DNA of 64,000 nucleotides from Plasmodiophora brassicae (Eukaryota): NCBI GenBank assembly GCA_036867785.1, contig CP145409.1, positions 1,426,001 to 1,490,000 of the forward strand, read 5' to 3'. Shown piece by piece: positions 50,728 to 61,500 of this stretch (position 1 is its first letter; each line of letters starts with the position of its first letter). The notes under the pieces were generated by a model. It saw only the letters and a program-made list of their open reading frames with translations, ran no database searches and was not told where the DNA came from. The position numbers and the translations under genes were made by a program.

Positions 50728-53468
50728 ATGGCATTCGCTTCCTCCAGCAAGTCTGCGCTCAAGAAGATGTGCACTGTACGCCGTCTGGTGTCGTCTAGGG
50801 CGCGCAAGGACGTCGACGAGTTGAGGACACTTCTGGGCAACTACGTCGAAGAGCACCTGTCACATCCCGGGATACAGGTGGACGTTCTGCAGACATCCAC
50901 CGGGTCGACAAGACGAACGACAGGAGAGTTGCTGCCGTCGCCGTATCAACCCGATCGTACGACGCCTGTTGACGTGGCCGCGTTGGGCGACGATGGCACC
51001 GCTGTCCTTGACGACCACGATACTGGAGACGGCAATGGGGTTTCCGAGTCGACGTCGTATAGGGCGGTGAAGATCACTGCGAACGAAGATCAAACAGACG
51101 ATGAGATCTCGTTGCGTCCCGGTGACGTGGTACTCGTCCATGTTCGCCTTCTCGTCCGAGCTGCACTGCCGGTGCCAATTCGTCGGGTGATCCAGGATCA
51201 GACCATGGGCAGAAGTAAGCGCAATCAGATCGGGTGCGCCCTTGTGCACTTCAACCGCTTCCTCGACGATCCTGCCATGCGGCAGGTTATCGCCGCACGG
51301 CGATGGGAGCAGTTGACGGTGGACGAGGCCACGCCCGATGTGTTCGAGCAGTTCGTCACATTTTTGATCGAGAGGTCGCCCTCGATTCGAAAATGGGAGA
51401 CCGCCAGCGCCTACGTGGCCCAGATGAGGGACGCGTTGGCGCAACGGTTCAAGGCGGACAACCCGGAACTTGCCATCTTGGATGACAAGTGGTACAAGGC
51501 CGTCCGGTCGACAGTGAAGAAGGCGTTTGTGGAGCGGGCCAATGTCACTGGGTCCGCTTTCATCGACCGGGCGCCTGCCCTGCAGAAGGAGGGCGTCCAG
51601 CAGGTTGGGCACGCCCTGTTCTTGGAGATGGGAGAACCGGCCACCAGTGCGGCTGCTGCCCATGACAGGTAATCTCGGCCTTGTGTGTGAGTATACCGCC
51701 TTTGACAATGTGTCGCGGTCAGATTCCTAATTGCGTTCCAGTGGGCCATCCTGGGCCGTGCAAGCGATGCAGCCCTGATGCGGAAATCAGACCTGCAGTG
51801 GGACGCCGGCTCTGGAGCTGCCCTTGCAGGGGTCAGCCGTCAGAAAACTACCAACGAAGCGCCGCTGCTGATTTACTGCGATCGGAACGATTATCGTGCC
51901 GATATGTTCCACGCACTGGGCAGCCTGGTCGCGACAGTCAGCGATCAAAGCCAGGTCGTCTTGTTGTTGCTTCGCCCGTCCGTTACGTCCTCTGATTGTC
52001 GTTCTTTGCAGGAACTGTTTCCACGGATAAGGGGCACCAGCAGCGCGTCAGCGTATCTGAACCGAATGTTCGATACGCTGGTTGACCGATACGAGCACCT
52101 CGTGTCGGTCTCGCCTAGCCTGGGCGACCTCGGTGGTCACGTGCATCGACGAACCAGGTCCCACTCTCTGCGTCGTGGTGCTACCACGGCCGCTGCTGCT
52201 GCTGATGGGGTAACACTCAGCAGTATTATTTATCGCGGCGGGTGGAACCTGGAATCGATGTGCACCGCCTTGGAGTACATCGTGGGCGGGGGTGCCGGTG
52301 ACGCTAGGGTCGGTCGCGTCCTGGCTGGTTGGCCTAGCGGTTCCGGTGGGCAACCGATGTCTTTCGCCTTCGTGAAAGACAATACTCACGAGAAAGCACG
52401 TGTCGACGCTTGGGTTCGCGCCGTTTTCGGTTCGAACTGGCATCTATGGTCCAGGACGTCCCCTGGACTGCTGACAGTTTGCGCAGCCAGCATGCTCATG
52501 TACCTGCCGCAGACGTTGAAGGGAGCCGGTGACTCTCTCGAACAACCCGTTCACCGTAAGTGCCTGTTGAGATTGGGCGTCTCTATTCGTAATCAATTGT
52601 TGGTTCAGCTTTGCATAAGACGATGAGCCGTGCTTGCGATGAGATCGGCTTGCCGAGATCGACTCTGATGGGATGGTCAGGGGAGATCCTCGTCGAGTTC
52701 CTCAAAGCGAACATCACCGCGATCCCGGGCAGCATGCTGCGAGACGCACAGCCGGAGGTGGCGGCCCGACTGACCGTGGACGTCTTCTCGCTGACGGACA
52801 CGGTCGAGCGCCTATGCCACACGGTTCTCCAGCTTCATGACACCGTGCTGGACCTGCAGCGAGAGAACCGCCAACAGGCCCTCGCAATGGCTCAAACGCA
52901 GAGCCAGATTATGGAGGTCCTGATGTCTGGCAGGCCTCCTGCAGAGGCGGAATCGACTTCCGATATCGCCGCTGGCCGGGGTCCAGCAAGGTCGTCGCCT
53001 GATGGTCCCGAGCGCGAGCTTCGCCATCCCGCAGCCGAGCGGACGTTGGACGACGCCGTGCCCAAGCTCACCGATATGAGCGTCAAGACTGCGTTCCACG
53101 CCTGGCATGCTGCTGGGCTTAAGACGCTCAGGTACGACGCCGCACGGGTCAAGAGCCAGCTGAAGCAGCTGGTGGAGGAGTATTGCCCTTTGTTCCTGGA
53201 CCCTGATGATGACGTGGAAGCCCAGAATGGAGAAACGGAAGCGGCATACGACCGTCGTATTCACGATATGGCTGCCAAGGTGGAGTCGCGAATCATCAGG
53301 TTCTTGGGCGACTGGTACCGCCCACATGTGGCCCGTACGACCAACTCAACCAGGAAGCCGCGTAAGCTGACAAGGACGGCTGTGCGGGGCACTTTAAACG
53401 AGCTCCGGAATGCCTGCAAAGGACTTTCCAAGGAAGACGTTGCGGCGAAATTGTCTTTACTAAACTAG
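50728..53468 (+). CDS. Crypton-type tyrosine recombinase; multi-exon, start uncertain
   Basis: After an intron near 51669-51722: FLIAFQWAILGRASD (R), RQKT (K), SHSLRRG (HxxR), RGGW, ALEYI (Y), DARVGRVLAGW. Followed by a coiled-coil and C-terminal region. Confidence 0.88.
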
Positions 53469-53505
53469 GTCGCGAGATTGCACATCGTGCTGCATGTATT
53501 GAGTC

Positions 53506-55298
53506 TTAATTGCATGCCGGGCAATGAGTAGCCGTGGAAGCGCCAGAGAAGTACGCGCTCAGGGCCCATGCGAAGCAGGATGAGTGATGATTTGAACCAA
53601 TCTGAGCCAAACGTTGCATCTCGTTGTAGTCAGAGATGTCATCATCGACCCTGTCCTTGCCAATCTTCAGAATTTCAGCCGCCAAGTCGTCCAAATTCAG
53701 GTCACGTTTCAGAATGCGGATCACCTCACAGCGCCCGCCGAAACGCGACGCTCGTTGGGATTCGTGCTCGTCAAGTTCGCGAACATCGGCAATTAGTCGA
53801 ACCTGCTCCAAGTTTGTTGCGGTGAACGTGTTGTTGTTCGATTGGATACTCTGACGGAGGACCTGCGAAGTGCCGGGATTCCCATTATCCAGTTTCGTCC
53901 AGACACGTCTCGAAGGCCGCACGCGAAGAAATCCGGTCTCGACCATGTCGATAATGCCTTTGGCGTACATCCAAGTTAGAATAGACAGCTTGGTGGTTCC
54001 ATTCCGATCCGAGACATCGACATAACCTACACCGCCATGGTCACCTGCAGCACAAATGTCGCGTACATGATCCTTCACAACGGTTTCTTCCAAATAGCAT
54101 CTCTGGATGTTCGACAGCTGCTGCGCATCGATCTCCTTGCAGCAAATAGTGACGCACTGGCCATTGCTGTCGGGACGCCGAGCCGCACGCCCTGCCTGCT
54201 GAACGAAATCCATTGGACTGCTTGGTAGGCCGTATTGGACGATCAGTCCTACGTCCATGCGGTTGATACCCAAGGAGAAAGCAACCGTGGCTACCATAAT
54301 GGCGGACTGGTGCTGCTCCCAGCCTAGCTGCTGACGTTCGCGTACAGGTTCAGGCATACCTGGAAGAAGATATTAGACATCGTAGCTCTCTGTTGGTAAC
54401 TATTGTTTTCGTACCACCACGATACTTGAAGACCGGCCGAGACGGAGGAACATGTTTGACCAACAGATCATGCACCTTATCAGCGTGTTCTCGCCGCAAC
54501 ACGTAGACAATGGCCGCATTGCCATCATCGCAACGAGAGATGATATTAATAAGCATCGCGTCTGCGTTCGCCATGGCCTCGCAGTGCACAAACCGATGCC
54601 CGACATTGGTGCGTGCAGACGGGGCCCAAACGACATTGTTTGCATCGATGTCGAAATGCATCAGCATGCGGGGTAAACGACGCTTTGACAGAGTAGCCGT
54701 CAATACCAGAATAGGGCAGAGCAATCGCACAGCGATCAGAGCAGCGCGATGATAGTCTGCGCGGAACCGTTCTCCCCATTGTATAGCGGTGTCCCCTTCG
54801 TCGAAAGTAACGAACGAAACATGTGTGAGAGTCGATGGACACACTTGGAATAGTCGTACAAACATTTCGGGACTGATGAACAGGAGTTTCAGTCCCTTCC
54901 CGAAACGGGAATATATTGCCTGTCGTTCAGTCGGCGTTCTGGTACCTGTTCAACATGCGATTTAGAGTCGAAACGACATAGTGCATTGACAATGCACAAC
55001 CGTTGACAATGTCTACTGTGCCCTTGAAGTATTTACAGGCCTGTTGATACTGATCAAGTATCAAGCTGTTCAACGGTGAAACGACGATGCCAGTGCCTGG
55101 AAGCTCCTTGGCAGCCGCCTGGTACACAAGCGACTTCCCGGAACCTGTTGGGCTAACGAACAAGGTTGAACGGCCGTCCACGATTGACGTTATTGCTTCA
55201 CGTTGACCAGGTCGGAGAGAACGAATCCCCATTGCACCCATGAGCTCCTCGGTCCCTGAAGTCTTCCGCCGAGCCATCTCCCGCCGAGCCATCTTATG
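53506..55298 (-). CDS. RecQ-family SF2 helicase; multi-exon, start approximate
   Basis: LRPGQREAI, PTGSGKSLVYQ, IVVSPLNSLILDQ, LKLLFISPE, DEGD..IQWGERFRADY, LTAT, AIVYV, VATVAFSLGINRMDV, FVQQAGRAAR, terminal C..C residues. Confidence 0.9.
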
Positions 55299-55492
55299 GC
55301 ATGATGCGTTCTCGTTCGGGACCATGAGACGTTTCATGGTACGTGCAAGCAGAAGACAGACTACAACGCCCTCGCGTTCGACGACGACCGGCGCTTGGTT
55401 GCAATTTGGCGCGATGGCCGGAGAATCTTTGAACTGCGCAAATAGAATCCTCTCCATTGTATGTAGCTACCTATGTAGCTACATCGTGAAAT

Positions 55493-56110
55493 CTATGCTC
55501 CTCCACTGGAATGTGGGAGGGCGCTGCCTCCTGGAAGGCGGGACCAAATGCCGTTTCTATGCAGGAATTTGTGTTAGAAATCGCTCACAGCTTCTAGAGC
55601 GGAATGTGGGAGCGCGCCGCCTTCCTGGAAGGAGAGGCCAGATGCCGTTTCTATGCAGGAATTTGTGTTAGAAATCGCTAGCAGCTTCTAGAGCGGCGCC
55701 TGGCGGCGGGCCCTTCATGGCTGCGGGCTCCCGCCGGGTCGCCCTCCGCCTGCGTTCCCACTATGCTCCTCCACTGGAATGTGGGAGGGCGCCGCCTTCC
55801 TGGAAGGAGAGGCCAGATGCCGTTTCTATGCAGGAATTTGTGTTAGAAATCGCTAGCAGCTTCTAGAGCGGCGCCTGGCGGCGGGCCCTTCATGGCTGCG
55901 GGCTCCCGCCGGGTCGCCCTCCGCCTGCGTTCCCACTATGCTCCTCCACTGGAATGTGGGAGGACGCCGCCTTCCTGGAAGGAGAGGCCAGATGCCGTTT
56001 CTATGCAGGAATTTGTGTTAGAAATCGCTAGCAGCTTCTAGAGCGGCGCCTGGCGGCGGGCCCTTCATGGCTGCGGGCTCCCGCCGGGTCGCCCTCCGCC
56101 TGCGTTGCCA
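55493..56110. repeat. ~175-bp tandem repeat, 3-4 units
   Basis: CTATGCTCCTCCACTGGAATGTGGGAGG at 55493, 55761 and 55936. ATGCCGTTTCTATGCAGGAATTTGTGTTAGAAATCGCT occurs four times. Confidence 0.95.
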
Positions 56111-57592
56111 CTTGGTCCGTTTGCCCGCGGATGGCCCTGCCATTGTCCATAGTTAGCTGCGCCGTTATCCATAGTTTCCATAGTTCCGGGCAATATCGCA
56201 TATCTGCATATCACCGTACGAAACCCGAGCGTATTGCTTGCAAACTATGGAGAGTGGCAGCACCTGGCAGCCGAAATTAGACGAAAAAGTGCGTCGCTCG
56301 TCCAGTCCGCCATACATCGTCGAGGGTCCGCTTCCCGTTATCCATAGTTAGCTCCACAGTTAGGTGTATATACTACTGTATGCGTGTGTGTATCCGAAAT
56401 CAAGGACGCTCACTACCGTCGTGTATCAGTGTCTACACGTCTGAGCAGCTGGAGCGGAACTGTCCCGTTAAGAACGCCGTCCTGCTCCAGAGGATCCTGT
56501 CGGAGTGGCCGTGCAATTGGGCTTGCCCGCCGATGATGGCTGACACTCGCCAGCGTATGTGAATTATTTGGTGTTCCACTTTATAATTATCTGATAATTT
56601 GTCCAAGTCAACATACATTATAGATTGACACTTCACCGGAAGATGATCAGGCTCGTCACCGGAACTCGTCGGCTGCAGCTGATGAGCGTTCGCAGTGCAA
56701 TGCCGTATTCAAAATCTTTCACGTACGTCGAGCATTTCTGTCTCTGGGGTTTAGTCGCTAACGGTCTTTATGATGCGCAGGACAAGACGGTCATGTGATC
56801 GCGTTTGCTGGCGGAGATCCCAAACGAGTTTGTCCGGACGACGAACTAGGTGCCCGTCTTCGCCATAGGTCGCTTCGGGACGCGGTACGTATTCGATGGT
56901 TCTGACGTCGCCATTATTTATAATGCGTTTGGCTGCAGGCCCAGCATCAAGGGGTGCCTTCGCATCCAGCTGGCCACAATGGTACGCAACGGCAACGTTA
57001 ACATCATGTGTTTCCTCACTGTGTTATGTATGAATTTAGGCGGCGTTGCGGCCAGGCGCGTTGAAAGGTATGGCCGTTGTTGTTGGCATCCAGTTGCATC
57101 ATCTGATCAGGGATGCAGGTTATAGAACACGATGATGTACGAGGGTGGCGGACATGCAACGTACAAAACTTGTTCCACTTGCCGATCGATCCTGACGGAG
57201 CGTTGACGTCGCGGTCAATGGCGGGTCGCGGATCGGCGCCCATCAAGGAACAGTTACAATAAACCATTCGTTGAAATACCAAATACGATAGTGTCTCAAT
57301 AGAGAACTTTCGGAGCCACTTTTCCGTTCAGTTTCCCGTTCCGCTGCCCGGCACAGCCACCGTCTCAGAGTCGAAGCCCAAAAGTCTCCAAACCGAAAAG
57401 CTGAGCCAGAGGTGAAAAAGGCCGCGCTAACGGAACTACATTTCCGTCCGTCGACAGCGTCAGAGGTGGGCACCGCCGAGCCTGTGGCGCAAGCCTTCTG
57501 CTTTTTGCACTCAACACAGCATCATCACGTACCGGCACCTGGCAAGTGGCAACGCCCTCTTGGATCCACCGCCATAGGCGATTTTTTCCGCG

Positions 57593-58533
57593 ATGTCTGC
57601 GCCACCAGATCCCAGCATTGTCGAGGCGTCGACCACTGTCCCCAATGACTTGTTCAACGTTCCGGGCGCTTATAGCTACAAGGACTGCCAGCAGCTGGCA
57701 CAGGGCGGCGCCCCGACGCACAAGCGGTTTGCGGCATGGCACGATGTGCTCCTGCTGCGCGCAACGAACGACATCAAGCCTTGGGAGGCGAAGTACGGGA
57801 AGGTGATGGCCGTGTGGGACCTCATTGGCGCTCGGCTGGCCAACATCATCGGCTTTGGCCTGAAGAAAGACGGGCCTTCGTTGAAAAAGCGTTTCGAACT
57901 GATCGTCGATCAGTTCAGGAAGGACGACCAGGAGGCCCTCAAGAAGTCCGGCGTCGAGGAAGAGTTCGCCGAGAAACAGGAACTCTTGACCGATATCGTC
58001 ACCAGAATGGACGATTATCTGACGATGACCGCGGCTGCGAAGGCTGAGTTGACCGGCAAGAAGGAAGCTGTCGAAGCGTCGGGGGCCATCATGCGCGAAC
58101 TCGCAATGCGAGAAATGGGCTACGAGAGTCTCGACGACGACGAAAATATTGGCGGCACAGTGCTGAACGGAGAGGTTTCCGGCGAGAATCTCACGAATGC
58201 CAGTGTGCGTCTCGCTCTGAATTTCAAATTTCACTCACATTTGCTAACATATGCTGACAGAGTGATACCGCAATGGAGATTGCCTCGCCCTCTCCCCTCC
58301 AGCCGAATAGGATGAAAAGGACAGGTGATTTCCGGCGCAAGATCAGCAAGCGCCAGAAGCTGGATGCCTTCTCTGACGCAATCGCGGCGGGCGTTAGTCA
58401 AAGCAACCAAGCACAGTCGGCCAAGTTGCAGCTCATGCAGCAGCGGCTGGCGTTCGACATGGACCACGCAAGGCGCCTGCTGGAGTTCGAAGAGCGACAA
58501 AGGCTGCGCGACGAGGAGCGTGAAGAGCGACAA
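57593..58533 (+). CDS. Myb/SANT-like DNA-binding protein of the type accompanying PIF/Harbinger transposases, interrupted by an LTR
   Basis: RFAAWHDVLLLRA..DIKPWEAKYGKVMAVWDLIG...LKKRFELIV...SGVEEE..EKQELLTDI. Probable intron 58204-58260. The coiled-coil ends at 58533. Confidence 0.6.
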
Positions 58534-61500
58534 TGTAGACGGTGGAGCAGTGCAGCATGCCCTGTCACAGCCAGAGATACCAAGAACAGCATCTAGGAGA
58601 GGCAGCCCTAAGACCAGGAGAGTCCGTACGGCATGCGGGAAGGCCGGACGGCATGAGGAAGAAGGATCACGGATCTGGGAACGAGGACGCTGAGGTTCTC
58701 TATACACGATCTACAAAACCGGTTTTAGCCGATCGACGAGATCCAAAGCACTATGGCACGACGATTGAAGCCCGGGCAGCAGCCAATGACGGAGGGGCTG
58801 GACCCGAGCTCACTGAAGAAGTTGGAGGAGCAGTACACGGACTACTGTCGCATCACGTCGGAGGCGGAGGCGTACCTGCCGGAGCGAGAACGACGCGGCC
58901 CAGTCTCAATCCGGAACTGCTTCAAGTTTCATGAACGACAGGCAATTGCGATGGACGAGCTGGGACTCCAGGATGACAGGAGATGACGGACGCTCACCTC
59001 GAGGCGTGGATGGCCGAGGAGATTGCACAGCTGGGGAGCCGAATGGCGCACAATCTGAAGGCGGCGGAGAAGTTGCTGGCGAACGAACTGGCCATGAACA
59101 CGAAACTGCCATTCCTGATCGACAGGATCAAGTCGATACGATTCGAGTTGCGGCGTCTGGTGTCCCAAAACGGCCTGGAGTGGATGAACGACGACCAGGC
59201 GGGGAGGCGCGTCTTCGGCAAGCTAGTGGTGGATGCCATCAAGCCGATTCCGCTGCAGAAACACATGGTCGACTGGGTAGAACGGGATCCAGAAGCGCGC
59301 ACTGGCGACATCGAGGGTCTGTTCCAGGAAGCCATCCGATACGCGAATTCGGTCGTCGACGTGCTGGGCAACCCGAGCACATCTGACAAGGAGACGGTCG
59401 CCCAACTGAGGGCAATCGCGAAGGGCAATGGCGGCAACTACCCTCGCGGTGTTAAGGTCAACAAGCGAGGCGGTCGACGGTCCCCGGAACCCACTCCCAA
59501 GCGTCAACGATTCGGTGGCGGATTCCAGCGCAACGGACGCGGTCATGAGCGCGAAGGCCCGAACGGACGACGCGGAGAAGGTCATGGTCGACACAAGACT
59601 GAAGGACACGGTCGGGACACGCCGGGAGGACAACAGGAAGTCGTACCTGCGGGAGGCGGAAGCCAGCGAAACGGAGGACGTAATCGAGAAGATGAGCATG
59701 ACGGCAACCGTGACACGAAGAAATCCCCCAAAGGTGGTTGTTTCCGATGCAAGGGCGATCACTACGTGAGCGACTGCCCGCAACCGCCGACGGAGGAGGA
59801 GCGCCGTGGTCGTGGCAACCGCGGAATAAACGCGGCACGTGTTCGAACGTACGATGGTGATGCAAGCGATGACACTCTGAGGGCAACCATCGGGGAGACC
59901 ACATTCGAGTGCGCTCTGGATTCCGAATGTCGTGGAGGCAACGTCATACCGGCGAACATTGCAGAACGGCTTGACGATGCAGCTGCGATACAGGAGATTG
60001 ATCCGATCGAGATTGTCCTGGGTGATGACAAGACCACTGAGGTCTGCTCGAAGGTCCTTGCCGTTCCGATCATGAAACTGCACGGCGAACACGGGACATT
60101 GACGCTGTACAACATGCGATTCTACATCTCGACGATGATTGCGAAGACGCTGCTCGGAAACCCGATTCTCACGGCTATGGGAATTGATCCCAAACAGCAG
60201 TTGGAGTCGCTGATGTCAACGAACGATGGGGTCATGCAGTTCGATGCTGACTCGCTCGAGACGGTGGAGAGGGTGACGGCCAAGATGATCGAACTGAGCG
60301 CCAACCACGGATGCAACCCCTACGCGAACAGCGAAGGCGAGCCAACGCGCAGTGAGATCGATCTCGGAAAGGTTGATCCGTCTGGAATCAGCAAGGCTGT
60401 CAACGATATGATCAAGCAGGCTAAGAAGAATGGCATTTCGAGGCAAGGCTTGAGGCGACTGCGGAAGATCTTGAACAAGCACATGAACGAATTCCGTACG
60501 ACGCTGGGGTCTGACCCACCTGTGGACGTGGAACCACTGAGGACGGACCTGAAGGACGGTGCCACACCATATCGGTGCAAGCCGCGCATGTACAATCCGA
60601 AGCAAAAGGAGTTCTTGACGGACATGATACGGATGCTGAAGGACAACGGCCTGATCTTTGCGAATATGAACTCGAAGTGGGCCAGTCCTGTCCTGATCGT
60701 CAAGAAGCCACACGGAGACGGCTACCGACTATGCGTCGACTTCGACAGGTGAACCTGCGATCTGAGCCAACTGTCTGGCCCATGCCGAACATCGAGGCGG
60801 GAGCCCGCAAGCTCGAAGGTATGTCGTGCTTCTTCAGCTTGGATGCCTTCAAGGGCTTCTGGTTGATGCCTCTGGACAAATCTTGTCAAGAGATGTTTTC
60901 ATTCATGACAGACGATTCGGTTTGGACACCTACACGAAGCATCCAGGGCGGACTGAACACGGCCCCGCAATTCCAAGCAAGGATGGTGAACATCTTCGAC
61001 GACCTGATGGATCGAATGATGGTCTGGATTGATGATCTGCTGGGATTCGCGAAGACGGAGGCCGAGCTTCTGGAACTGCTGGCCAACGTATTCGAACGGG
61101 CACGCGAAGTCGGACTGAAGTTCAACCCTACGAAATGCACGATCTTCGCCAGGGAGCTGGTCTGGTGCGGGAAGATCTACTCTGGCAACGGCATTCGACA
61201 TGACCCGGAACGGATAGCAGCTCTGACAAGCATGCCGGAGCCGAAGACGGTTAAAGACCTGCAGCAACTGATGTGGGCGGTGGGATGGATGCGCACGAGC
61301 ATCCCGGACTACCCGTACATCATCGAGCCACTACCGGAGGTCGTTGACCGGGCGAATGAGGAGCTGAAACGAACGAAGTCCAGTTCTTATGCCTCATTGA
61401 CGGTGGACGCGATGGGCTGGTCTGAACGACAACGAGAAGCATTCGAGAAGCTGCGGGCGGTGCTGGTCGAACACGTGCAACTGGCCTACCCCAAGAAGGA

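Larger units (their letters stand above)
49961..56253 (+). mobile_element. CryptonS-like tyrosine-recombinase transposon carrying a RecQ-family helicase
   Basis: 11-bp direct repeat AACTATGGAGA at 49961-49971 and 56243-56253 (TATGG core). Encloses a YR gene, a convergent helicase gene and two tandem arrays. Confidence 0.8.

Noticed and set aside
58975-60752. Programmed frameshifts or stop-start coupling in the second gypsy
   Set aside because: Both breaks are fixed by adding one base to a short G or T run, and one lies inside the RT motif. Mutation or sequencing error is more likely.
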